Source: an uncultured delta proteobacterium
GTDB taxonomy: Bacteria; Myxococcota_A; Polyangia; Fen-1088
Direction of reading: 5' to 3'
Assembly (NCBI GenBank): GCA_963755125.1
Contig: CAVWIP010000016.1
Span: 64,001-128,000, forward strand
DNA: 64,000 bases
Positions 18,185-28,520 of the stretch are shown one piece after another. Below the pieces are notes generated by a model. It was not told where the DNA came from. It ran no database searches and worked only from the letters and a program-made list of their open reading frames with translations. Both the position numbers and the translations under genes were made by a program. Numbering within the stretch: position 1 is the stretch's first letter; each line of letters opens with the position of its first letter.

Positions 18185-20155
18185 ATGGCCGACCACTTCT
18201 ACGTAACCACGCCTATCTACTACGTGAATGCCGTGCCCCACCTGGGCACGTTCTACACCACCATCGTGGCCGACGCGCTGGCGCGCTACCATCGGGCGCG
18301 CCGCCACGATACCTACTTCCTCACTGGCACCGACGAGCACGGCCAGAAGATCGAACGCCTGGCACAGGATACGGGCATCAGTCCCAAGGCGTACTGCGAT
18401 GGGATAGTGGCCAAGTTCAAGGAGACCTGGGAGCGTATGGGGGTCAGCTACGACCGCTTCATCCGCACCACCGACGCCGACCACCACGCAGCCGTGGAAG
18501 CCATGTGGCAGCGCATTTCCGCCAACGGCGACATTTACCTGGCCGACTACGACGCCATGTACTGTGTGGGCTGCGAAGGCTGGAAGACCGAGGAAGAGGT
18601 GATGCTTGAGGATGGCAACAAGGTGTGCCCTCTGCACCACAAACCTGTGGAGCGTGTGCGCGAGCAGAATTACTTCTTCCGTCTGTCCAAATACGCGGAC
18701 AAACTACTCGCACTCTATGGGCAGCCCGGATTCATCCGGCCCGAGTCGCGCAAGAACGAAGTCACCGAGTTCGTGAAGAGCGGGCTGCGCGACCTTTCCA
18801 TCTCGCGCACTTCGGTGAAATGGGGCATTCCCGTGCCCAACGACCCGAAACACGTGGTGTACGTGTGGCTCGACGCCCTGACCAATTACGTGTCGGCCCT
18901 GGGTGGGCCGGATCGGGTACTCACCGACCCGCGTAGCCAGGCGCTGTGGGGCGCATGCACCCATCTCATCGCCAAGGACATCCTGCGCTTCCACGCGGTG
19001 TACTGGCCAGCCTTCCTGATGTCGGCCGGGCTGCCGCCGCCCAGGGGCGTGTTCTGCCACGGCTACATCACGGTCAAGGGGCAGAAGATCTCGAAGTCCA
19101 TTCCAGCGACGCGGGTGGACCCCAATCTGATCGCGGGCGAGCTGGGCGCCGATACGCTTCGCTATTTCGTGCTACGCGAGTATTCATTGGGGGGCGACGG
19201 CGACTTCACCTACGAGGCGCTGTTCCAGCGCCACGAATCCGATCTGGGCAACGACCTGGGCAACCTGGTCAATCGCACGGTGTCCCTGGCCCGTGCGCTT
19301 ACCGACGGGCTCGATGCGTCCCACCGCTGCGGGTACTCGGCGGGCGACCCGTTGTCCGAGGAGGAACTGGTGCTGCGCACCGGCGCGCGCGAGGCGATCC
19401 TGGCTGCCACCAGGGCGTGGGACGAGTTCCAGCCGTCGCGCGCCCTGGAAGCAACCTGGTCCATGATCCGCGCCGGCAACGTGTACCTGGATCGCACCGC
19501 GCCCTGGAAATTGAAGAAAGCCGGCCAGACCGCCGAGCTGCGCGATGTCCTGGCCAATACCTGCGAGGTGATTCGCCGGGCGGCCATGATGATCGCGCCG
19601 GCCATGCCGGCCTCGGCCCGCGAGATCCTGCGCCAGATCGGGCGCGAGCCGGACCTGGGCCTGTGGCCCGTCGAGGACTGGGGCGGCTGGCCCGGCGGCA
19701 AGCTGTGCGAGCCCAAGCCCATCTTTCCCCGCGTAGATCCCGACCGACAGAAGGAGCTGATCGCGACCTGGCTCGACCAGACCCCGCCCGTCGCAGTTGC
19801 CGCTGTCGCCAGCGCATCCAGCCAGCCCACGCCCGAGATCAGCATCGAGGAGTTCCAGAAGCTGGATCTGCGCGCCGCCAAGGTTCTGCAGGCCGAGCCG
19901 GTGCCCAAGACCGACAAGCTGCTCAAGCTGACGCTCGATCTGGGCGGCGAGCAACGCACGGTGATCTCGGGCATCGCCGGCGCCTATGCGCCCGCCGACC
20001 TCGTCGGCCGCACGGTGCTGTACTTTTCCAATCTGAAACCAGCCAAGATCCGGGGCGTCCTGTCCCAGGGCATGATCCTGGCAGCCGGCGGCGACAAGGT
20101 CCTTGCCTTGTGCAGCTTCGATGGCGACGTGCCACCGGGCGCGAAAGTGAAGTAG
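18185..20155 (+). CDS. metG: Methionine--tRNA ligase with C-terminal tRNA-binding domain
   Basis: 'YVTTPIYYVN..PHLG', 'LTGTDEHGQKI', 'YVWLDAL.NY', KISKS, C-terminal 'KIRGVLSQGM'. Confidence 0.97.
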   Translation: MADHFYVTTPIYYVNAVPHLGTFYTTIVADALARYHRARRHDTYFLTGTDEHGQKIERLAQDTGISPKAYCDGIVAKFKETWERMGVSYDRFIRTTDADHHAAVEAMWQRISANGDIYLADYDAMYCVGCEGWKTEEEVMLEDGNKVCPLHHKPVERVREQNYFFRLSKYADKLLALYGQPGFIRPESRKNEVTEFVKSGLRDLSISRTSVKWGIPVPNDPKHVVYVWLDALTNYVSALGGPDRVLTDPRSQALWGACTHLIAKDILRFHAVYWPAFLMSAGLPPPRGVFCHGYITVKGQKISKSIPATRVDPNLIAGELGADTLRYFVLREYSLGGDGDFTYEALFQRHESDLGNDLGNLVNRTVSLARALTDGLDASHRCGYSAGDPLSEEELVLRTGAREAILAATRAWDEFQPSRALEATWSMIRAGNVYLDRTAPWKLKKAGQTAELRDVLANTCEVIRRAAMMIAPAMPASAREILRQIGREPDLGLWPVEDWGGWPGGKLCEPKPIFPRVDPDRQKELIATWLDQTPPVAVAAVASASSQPTPEISIEEFQKLDLRAAKVLQAEPVPKTDKLLKLTLDLGGEQRTVISGIAGAYAPADLVGRTVLYFSNLKPAKIRGVLSQGMILAAGGDKVLALCSFDGDVPPGAKVK

Positions 20156-20259
20156 GGGATTGGGCCGATAGCCGGCCCGCGCGTCTCTTCTGGCGGTTGC
20201 GGGCGTGAATCCGGACTTCCCCGGTCGACTATTGGCACTGGCCGTGATAGTTGAGAGGC

Positions 20260-21507
<1,248 letters not shown>

Positions 21508-21528
21508 GGGCTGCCCTGGCCAGCACTT

Positions 21529-21561
21529 CTCTGTGCTCTCCTCTCTCCCCTCTGTGTTCTC
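21529..21561. repeat. Short dispersed pyrimidine-rich intergenic repeat, copy 2
   Basis: 29/33 identical to 6078-6110. Confidence 0.7.
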
Positions 21562-21578
21562 AGCAGGCTGTCGATTGA

Positions 21579-24500
21579 ATGCCTGAGCCTCTCACCAAGC
21601 TGCTGGCCTCACTGCGCCGTTCCTGCAAGGCCGGCCTGTGGTCCAGCGGCGTGAACCTGGCGCGCGCCGGGGCCGTGGCGGTGGAATCTCGCAGCGACGA
21701 GGAGATCGTGCTGCGCGTGCGCAGTCCGGGCCGGGCCGTGGCGCCCACAGTGGTGTTGTATCCAGGCGAGAACGAATGGGACTGCGACTGCCCGGGTCGG
21801 GTGCGCCCCTGCGAACACCTCGCCGCCGCGGCCATTGCGCTCGGCCAAGGCGAGCCTGCAAGCGCCGGCGACGCCGAGGCCAAGCCTTTGCCCAAGGCCG
21901 AGGAGACATGGGCGCGCGTCGTGTACCGCTTCTCGCAAGTTCCAGGTGGACTGCAACTGCGACGTTTCGTTGTTCGCGGCGACGGCACTGAAACGCCCCT
22001 CGCAGGCACTCTGTCCGCTTTGCTTTCCCGGCCGGACGAGGCCCGCAGCCTGCACGTCGAGCAATACGATCTGCAAGCGGATCGCATCCTGGAATCGGGC
22101 AGCCGCGGCACACTGCCGCCACCCAAGCTCGATGCTCTGGTGCGCGTGCTGGTGGGCGCCCGCCTGGTTCTTCTCGACGGCCGCGAAATCGCGATGTCCG
22201 AGGAGGAGATCCTGCCCGGCGCTCTGGTGGAAGATCGCGGCGACGAGGTGGTGGTCACCATCCATCGCGATCCGCGCATCACCTCGGTCCCAAGCGCTGG
22301 GTTGGTGCTGGCCGGCGAGGCGCTGGCCCGCCACGGCGAGCTCGAACTGTGCGGCGCCTGGCTGCAGCATCTGCCCATCGTCCAGCGCTACGCCCCCGGC
22401 CAACTCGCCGAACTGGCGACGCGCGTGCTGCCCGAACTCTCGCGCCGCATGACCGTCGAGGTGCGCAGCAAACGCCTGCCCAAGATCGTGCGCGGCCTGG
22501 TCCCGCGCCTGGTGCTCGACATGAGCCAGCTGGGATCGTCGCTGGCGGTTCTGCCCAAGCTGGTTTACGGCAACCCGCCCTGCGTGCGTATCGACGACGG
22601 TCGCATGGTCCACCTGTCCGGCCCGGTGCCGGTGCGCGATGAGCCAGCCGAACGTCGCCTGGTGGAGAAACTGCGCTCCGATCTCGATCTCATGCCGGGC
22701 CGGCGCTCGACCTTCGAAGGCGCGGACACCGCGCGCTTCGTGGACAAGGTCAAGCGCTGGCACGGCGATCTGGCCGGCGACGGAGCGCGCCTGCTGGGTG
22801 CGCGCGTGCGGCTGGAACCCAACATGCGCGTGCGCGATCTACCTGCGTCGGGCAATGGCGTCCCACAGGCGGCCTTCGATTTCACTTTCACCGTCGTGGG
22901 CGAAACCGAGGCAGAGCAGCGCGCGCTCGGGCCTGGGCCGCATTCCGTTGACGCAGCCACGGTTGTTCGCGCCTGGGAAGACGGTCTGGGCCTGGTTCCG
23001 CTCCAGGGCGGCGGATTCGCGCCTCTGCCGCAGGCATGGCTCGACCAGCACGGCGGGGTCCTGGCGCGCCTGCTCGCGGCCCGCGCCAGCGACGGCCGCC
23101 TCGCCAACCACGCCCTGCTCGCGCTCGGCAGCCTGTGCGACGATCTCGACCAGCCACCGCCCGCCGGGCTGGATCGCCTGGCGCCCTTGGCCGAAAGCTT
23201 CGAACGCCTGCCCGAGGCGACGCTGCCGGCGGATCTGCGCGCCACCCTGCGGCCCTATCAGAAAGTTGCGGTCAACTGGCTGGCCTTTCTGCGCAGCGTG
23301 GGCCTGGGCGGCATCCTGGCCGACGACATGGGCCTCGGGAAAACCGTCGAAGCCATGTGTCTCTTCGAGAAGAAATGCCTGGTCGTTGCGCCGACGAGCG
23401 TGTTGCCCAACTGGCAAGCCGAGCTGGCGCGCTTTCGTCCTTCGTTGCGAGTCAGCGTGTACCACGGCCCGACCCGCAAGCTCGACGACGCTGACGTCAC
23501 GCTCACCACCTACGCGATCTTGCGTCTCGACAGTGCTGAGTTATCCGCAAAGCATTTCGCCCTGACAGTGCTCGACGAGGCTCAGGCCATCAAGAATCCC
23601 GACAGTCAGGTGGCCCGCGCCGCCTACGCGCTTTCCGCCGAGTTCCGCATCGTCATGACCGGCACGCCAGTGGAGAACCGCCTCGATGAGCTGTGGAGCC
23701 TCATGCACTTTGCCAACCGCGGCCTGCTGGGCGGCCGGCGCGAATTCGACGCCGAGTTTGCCCGCCCGGTGGCCGACGGCATGGCCGGCGCGGCCGCGAA
23801 CCTGCGCCAGCGCATCCGTCCCTTTGTCATGCGCCGACGCAAAGCCGAGGTCGCGCCCGAGCTGCCCCCGCGCACCGAGGCCACGCTCAAGGTCGTGCTC
23901 GACGAGCGCGAACGCGCCGTATACGACGCCGTCCGCGCCGCGACCCAGGCCGAGCTGGTCGCCTCGATGAGCGGCGCTGACGAAAAGGGATTCAGTGTAA
24001 TGAAGGCCCTGGAGGCATTGTTGCGCTTGCGCCAGGCCGCCTGCCACCGCGGGCTTTTACCCGGACAGAAGGCCGACACTTCCGGCAAAGTCGAGGCGTT
24101 GCTCGAATCCCTGGAAACCGCAGCCGCCGATGGCCACAAGGCCCTGGTCTTCTCACAGTGGACGTCATTGCTCGACCTGATTGAGCCCGCACTGAACAAT
24201 GCCGGCATTTCTTACACACGATTGGACGGCTCGACCCGCGACCGCGGCGAAGTTGTTTCGAAGTTCCAGTCCGAGGACGGCCCGCCAGTCATGCTCGTTT
24301 CACTGAAGGCCGGCGGCACCGGCCTCAATTTGACCGCCGCCGACCACGTGTTTCTGTGCGACCCCTGGTGGAATCCCGCAGTGGAAGACCAGGCAGCCGA
24401 CCGCGCCCATAGAATCGGGCAGGACCGCCCAGTGACCATCTACCGACTCATCGCCGTCGACACAGTCGAGGAGCGCATTCTGGACTTGCAGGAAAAGAAG

Positions 24501-24584
24501 CGTGCCCTGGGCGAAGCCGCTCTCGGCGACGGCGGCGCGGCGGCCTCGCTGACCAGAGAAGATTTGATGGCGTTGCTGGCGTAG
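21579..24584 (+). CDS. SWIM zinc finger + SNF2 family helicase/ATPase
   Basis: CDC...CEH SWIM motif; '[10 protein letters not shown]', DEAQ, 'TGTPVEN', '[21 protein letters not shown]'. Confidence 0.92.
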   Translation: MPEPLTKLLASLRRSCKAGLWSSGVNLARAGAVAVESRSDEEIVLRVRSPGRAVAPTVVLYPGENEWDCDCPGRVRPCEHLAAAAIALGQGEPASAGDAEAKPLPKAEETWARVVYRFSQVPGGLQLRRFVVRGDGTETPLAGTLSALLSRPDEARSLHVEQYDLQADRILESGSRGTLPPPKLDALVRVLVGARLVLLDGREIAMSEEEILPGALVEDRGDEVVVTIHRDPRITSVPSAGLVLAGEALARHGELELCGAWLQHLPIVQRYAPGQLAELATRVLPELSRRMTVEVRSKRLPKIVRGLVPRLVLDMSQLGSSLAVLPKLVYGNPPCVRIDDGRMVHLSGPVPVRDEPAERRLVEKLRSDLDLMPGRRSTFEGADTARFVDKVKRWHGDLAGDGARLLGARVRLEPNMRVRDLPASGNGVPQAAFDFTFTVVGETEAEQRALGPGPHSVDAATVVRAWEDGLGLVPLQGGGFAPLPQAWLDQHGGVLARLLAARASDGRLANHALLALGSLCDDLDQPPPAGLDRLAPLAESFERLPEATLPADLRATLRPYQKVAVNWLAFLRSVGLGGILADDMGLGKTVEAMCLFEKKCLVVAPTSVLPNWQAELARFRPSLRVSVYHGPTRKLDDADVTLTTYAILRLDSAELSAKHFALTVLDEAQAIKNPDSQVARAAYALSAEFRIVMTGTPVENRLDELWSLMHFANRGLLGGRREFDAEFARPVADGMAGAAANLRQRIRPFVMRRRKAEVAPELPPRTEATLKVVLDERERAVYDAVRAATQAELVASMSGADEKGFSVMKALEALLRLRQAACHRGLLPGQKADTSGKVEALLESLETAAADGHKALVFSQWTSLLDLIEPALNNAGISYTRLDGSTRDRGEVVSKFQSEDGPPVMLVSLKAGGTGLNLTAADHVFLCDPWWNPAVEDQAADRAHRIGQDRPVTIYRLIAVDTVEERILDLQEKKRALGEAALGDGGAAASLTREDLMALLA

Positions 24585-24632
24585 CGGGGGAGGTGCTGGT
24601 TGACCTTGGGACCCCAAATGGGCATCGCGGGG

Positions 24633-24785
24633 TTATCGGATCTCGATGGTGTGCGTGTGTACCTGTTTCACCCAGGCCGCAATCGTGTTGATTTCCTCGT
24701 CGGTCGCTACACCTACGCATCCGTCCGAAGAATCGAAGGTGTTCACGAGAGAGCCAAGCCAGCGCACCCACCGGTGAGGACCGTG
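24633..24785 (-). pseudogene. 3' remnant of an L,D-transpeptidase (YkuD-like) gene
   Basis: Minus-strand translation HGPHRWVRWLGSLVNTFDSSDGCVGVATDEEINTIAAWVKQVHTHTIEIR* contains an HG...GC catalytic-type motif; no recognisable N-terminus. Confidence 0.5.
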
Positions 24786-24892
24786 CCCCAGATTCTTTGC
24801 AAGCAGCGTTCGAGAATGCCGCCAGACCAGCCAAGACCCGGCCCGTCTGTCTTGTTCCTTTGTGCTGCCCGTGGCTGGAGTAGAATATCGTC

Positions 24893-25183
24893 ATGGCTGG
24901 CACCGGCATGCCCGACCCGAATTTGCAGTCGGAGAACCTGCGCCTGGCCGAACAGGTGCGTGTGTTCTCTGGGGACGAGCATGTTCGCCGCGAGGCCGCG
25001 CCATGGCGGGACGCAACGCCAGCGGAGCGCGTGGCCGAAACCTGGCGTCTGTGCGCTCTGGTGCCGTGGTTCCGATCGCTCTGGCCCGAGGACGTGCGTG
25101 CCCGCGCCGACGCGCCCGAGCCGCTGCCGGCGAGCACCCTGGCGATTCTCGAACGGCTCAAGCAGGCGGGGAGTGGCAAATGA
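24893..25183 (+). CDS. Small hypothetical protein, candidate antitoxin
   Basis: 96 aa with 'ATPAERVAETWRL'; TAGAAT 6 nt upstream; stop overlaps the NTase ATG. Confidence 0.6.
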   Translation: MAGTGMPDPNLQSENLRLAEQVRVFSGDEHVRREAAPWRDATPAERVAETWRLCALVPWFRSLWPEDVRARADAPEPLPASTLAILERLKQAGSGK

Positions 25184-25761
25184 CGGCGCGGGAGGCGCCA
25201 CCGACCGAGGTTGCCGCGCGATTGGCCGATCGTCTCGACGAGGATGGGTTGCCTTATGCCCTGGGCGGCGCTCTGGCGCTGGGTGCGTGGGGCGTGCCGC
25301 GAACCACGTCGGACGTCGACGCATCGGTCTTCGTGAGCGAAAGGGAACTGGACCGTCTGCTCGACAGCGTGGAGCGAGCAGGCGCCGTGGTGGAGCGGGC
25401 AGAAGCCCACCGCTCGGTCGCGCGCACAGGTTTCTTCGTCGCGTTCTTTGGCAGGACGCGCATCGATCTATTCATCGCTCATCATCCGTGGCACGCGGAG
25501 ATGCAACGACGACGTGTTTCGCTGCCAACGCCTGACGGGCAACCGCGATGGTTCCTTTCGCCAGAAGACACGGCGCTGGCCAAGCTGCTCTACGCACGGC
25601 CCAAGGACGTGCTGGATCTCGATCGACTGTTTTCCGTGCAAGCTGGGCGCATCGATCTTGCGTACTTGCGCGAGTGGTTGCCACGCATGGTGCCGGCCGG
25701 GGACGCGCGCCTTGGGTTGCTCGAGGATCTGGCGCGCAGGCTTGCCACCGCGCGAGAGTGA
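25180..25761 (+). CDS. Pol-beta-superfamily nucleotidyltransferase (DUF6036/AbiEii/MenT-like)
   Basis: 'YALGGALALGAWGVPRTTSDVD', 'RIDLF', 'SPED..LAKL...RPKD..D'. Confidence 0.75.
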   Translation: MTAREAPPTEVAARLADRLDEDGLPYALGGALALGAWGVPRTTSDVDASVFVSERELDRLLDSVERAGAVVERAEAHRSVARTGFFVAFFGRTRIDLFIAHHPWHAEMQRRRVSLPTPDGQPRWFLSPEDTALAKLLYARPKDVLDLDRLFSVQAGRIDLAYLREWLPRMVPAGDARLGLLEDLARRLATARE

Positions 25762-25776
25762 GTCGTCCGTGTAGAC

Positions 25777-26592
25777 ATGACTTCGTCCAACCCACTTTCC
25801 AGTCCCGTGCCCTGGGATCTCGTCGCATCCGAGTATGCCGCCGAGGTCGCTCCCGTGTTTGCCTGGTTTGCCCAGCAGGCGATCGATCTCGCGCTTCTCT
25901 CGCCCGGCGCGCGTGTGCTGGATGTGGCCGCCGGGCCCGGGACGCTGTCATTCTTGGCGGCGCGGACGGGCGCGCGCGTGACGGCGATCGATTTCTCGCC
26001 CGCGATGATTGAAAAACTGCGCGAACGTGCGTTCGCCGACCGAGTGGCGATCGAATCTCACGTGGGGGATGGACAGGCGTTGCCCTTCGCGGACGCATCG
26101 TTCGATGGGGCGTTCTCGATGTTCGGTCTGATGTTCTTCCCTGATCGAATCCTCGGCTTGCGTGAGCTGCTGCGCATGCTGGTGCCGGGCGGTGTGGCGG
26201 TGGTGTCGAGTTGGGCGTCCGAGGACGGCGACACCTGGCGCAACCTGATCTGGGACGCGGTTCGAGAGCACCTGCCCAATTTGCCGCTCGGCGGCTCAAC
26301 TCCTCCGTTGGGCAATGTCGATGACTGCCGGCGCGAGATGACGGCAGCGGGATTCGAGAGCGTCGAGATTCACGAGGTGACCCACACACTGCCAACGATG
26401 ACGACCCGGCAAGCGTGGGCGTGGATGGTGCGGGCAACCGCCCCGGTTGCCTTGCTACGCCAGAAGCTCGGGCCTATGAAATGGGCCGGCTTCGAGACCT
26501 GCGTCCTGGCCAGGTTGATCGAGGCATTTGGCGAGAAGGGAGGCAGCATGCAGCGCAAGGCAAACCTTTCGGTCGGCCGCAAACCAAGGTAG
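25777..26592 (+). CDS. Class I SAM-dependent methyltransferase
   Basis: 'VLDVAAGPG', 'DFSPAM', 'GDGQALPFADASFD', 'FGLMFFPD'. Confidence 0.9.
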   Translation: MTSSNPLSSPVPWDLVASEYAAEVAPVFAWFAQQAIDLALLSPGARVLDVAAGPGTLSFLAARTGARVTAIDFSPAMIEKLRERAFADRVAIESHVGDGQALPFADASFDGAFSMFGLMFFPDRILGLRELLRMLVPGGVAVVSSWASEDGDTWRNLIWDAVREHLPNLPLGGSTPPLGNVDDCRREMTAAGFESVEIHEVTHTLPTMTTRQAWAWMVRATAPVALLRQKLGPMKWAGFETCVLARLIEAFGEKGGSMQRKANLSVGRKPR

Positions 26593-26821
26593 TCCGGAAA
26601 GGGCATGGGCCTCTGGCCAAAACCTAACGGCTGCGCCGAAACAGAGCGCGTCCAGCACCTCTTCGACCGGCAGAAGCTTCCTGATTGAGAACGGAGTGTC
26701 ACGCCGTTGTTTCGGACGTTTCGCGGCAGTTGCTTCCCGGCAAATCCGTCGGTAACTCACGCCTCGATCCATTGTCGAACCCGCTTTGCTCTGCTTTCCT
26801 GAGTGCAGGGAGGCAATCACC

Positions 26822-27193
26822 ATGAAATGCATCGATGCCATCATCAAGCCATCCAAACTCGAGGACGTGAAACAACGGGTCCGACAGGTCGGGGTCAGGG
26901 CCATGACACTTTCGGAGGTCAAGGACTGTGACGGTACCGACGGCAAGCTAAGGATCTATCGTGGTTCGTCCTACATCATGGACTGCGTGCCCAAGGTGCG
27001 AATGCAGATCATGGTCGACGAGGACATGGTGAGGCCCGTGGTGGACGCCATCGTGGCCAGCGCTCGCCCCGGTGAAATCGGCAACGGCAACATCTTCATC
27101 TACCCCGTGGCCGAGACCGTTTGCATCCGAGTCGACGAGCGCCCCTACGGCGCGACAGGAAATAGCCATCACGACCGTGCCAGGGTCGCCTGA
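26822..27193 (+). CDS. Divergent P-II family protein
   Basis: Ungapped alignment to GlnB (MK.IDAIIKP.KL.DV; YRG..Y; PKV; G.IG.G.IF); GGAGG Shine-Dalgarno. Confidence 0.85.
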   Translation: MKCIDAIIKPSKLEDVKQRVRQVGVRAMTLSEVKDCDGTDGKLRIYRGSSYIMDCVPKVRMQIMVDEDMVRPVVDAIVASARPGEIGNGNIFIYPVAETVCIRVDERPYGATGNSHHDRARVA

Positions 27194-27282
27194 AGTTCTT
27201 TCCGGCCGCAGCGCCGGAAAGACCGACCAAGCCGGATCATGCGGGTTGCCTGCCGGGGTGAAGGGCGCGACAATCCTCGACC

Positions 27283-28257
27283 ATGACCGACGTGAACCAG
27301 TTTATCCTGCCGCCTTTCGAGCCCCGGAATCCCTTGCGAGTTCCGTGCGCGGTGCTCGCCGTGTTGTTCGGGGCGACGCTGGTAGGCGGATTCTGGATGT
27401 TCCTGGAGCGCGGCAAGGCTCGCTCGACTGCCAGGATCGCCGCCGAGGATCTGAAGGCCGGTCAGGCCAGGATCGCGGCGCTCGAGGCTGACAAGGCTGG
27501 GCTCGAAACCGAGAAGGAACAACTGGAAACGGAGAAGGCACAGCTTGAGACCGTAAAGAGCGAACTGGAGTCGGTGAAGCGCGAATTGTCGAAGAACGCC
27601 CAGGCGAAGGACGACGAGATCGCCGAACTCAAGGGGATCTCCGACAAGATTCAGGACAAGATGAAGGATGACATCGCCCACGGTGACCTCCATCTCGATC
27701 AAGCCGGCAGCAGCCTGCGCGTGGTCGTGGCGGACAAGGTTCTGTTTGACCCCGGCGAAGTTCAAGTTTCCAAGCGTGGTGAAGGCGTGCTCGCGCGTGT
27801 GGCCGAGGTTCTTGCCGGCACTCCCGACCAAGAGATTCAGGTTTCGGGCCACACCGACCGGGCGCCCATCAACGGCAAGCTTGCGGCTCAATACCCGACC
27901 AACTGGGAGCTGTCCGTCGCGCGGGCGACCAACGTGGTCCGCTTCCTGACAGAGAAGGCCAAGATTCCGGCGCAACAACTGGTTGCCAGTGGCCACGGCG
28001 AGTATCAGCCAATCGCCAGCAACAGGTCCTCGGCCGGTCGCGCGCGAAATCGCCGCGTCGAGATTCTACTGACGCCAGTTCTGGCGCCAACCACGAAATC
28101 CAAACTCACGGCGGCGGGTGCGTCCAAGACCGGCGGAAAAAAAGGGGCGGCCCAGAAGGCTGACAAGAAGACCGACCAGACCGGGAAGACAGGCAAGAAG
28201 CCCAAGGCGGGCGGGAGCCACGCGGCCAGCAAGGGCGGCAGGCCTGCGACGAAATAG
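27283..28257 (+). CDS. MotB/OmpA-like peptidoglycan-binding membrane protein with coiled coil and Lys-rich tail
   Basis: N-terminal TM, heptads LETEKxQ, 'VSGHTD', 'NWELSVARA', 'RNRRVEI'. Confidence 0.85.
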   Translation: MTDVNQFILPPFEPRNPLRVPCAVLAVLFGATLVGGFWMFLERGKARSTARIAAEDLKAGQARIAALEADKAGLETEKEQLETEKAQLETVKSELESVKRELSKNAQAKDDEIAELKGISDKIQDKMKDDIAHGDLHLDQAGSSLRVVVADKVLFDPGEVQVSKRGEGVLARVAEVLAGTPDQEIQVSGHTDRAPINGKLAAQYPTNWELSVARATNVVRFLTEKAKIPAQQLVASGHGEYQPIASNRSSAGRARNRRVEILLTPVLAPTTKSKLTAAGASKTGGKKGAAQKADKKTDQTGKTGKKPKAGGSHAASKGGRPATK

Positions 28258-28520
28258 CCGGCCACCGCCTGGACCGGGGGCAAGGGCGGCAAGTTTCGCG
28301 GTGGTCGCGAGGACCACCTTCAAGCCGCGTTTGAAAAGATCGGCCGACTCAGGTTCCTGAACGCGCAAATCTTGCCGACTTGTTCCCGATCGCCATCTCA
28401 ATTGCGCGGTCCCTGTTGGTACCCAGCACCCGAGGTGGGGCATCTCACTACTTGAAGCACGGGAGGTTTGGCCAGCATGCGCAAGCAGCACAATTTGGTT
28501 GTCGGCTGGGAGGGCGCGGC

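Noticed and set aside
21579..24584. SNF2 helicase as part of a defence system (e.g. DISARM, Zorya)
   Set aside because: No partner methylase, nuclease or DUF genes are adjacent; stand-alone SWIM-SNF2 genes are common in myxobacteria
26610..26660. cctaac/ggctgcgccgaaac motif resembling 31968-31992 (attC- or riboswitch-like)
   Set aside because: The similarity is short and GC-rich, with no consistent secondary structure
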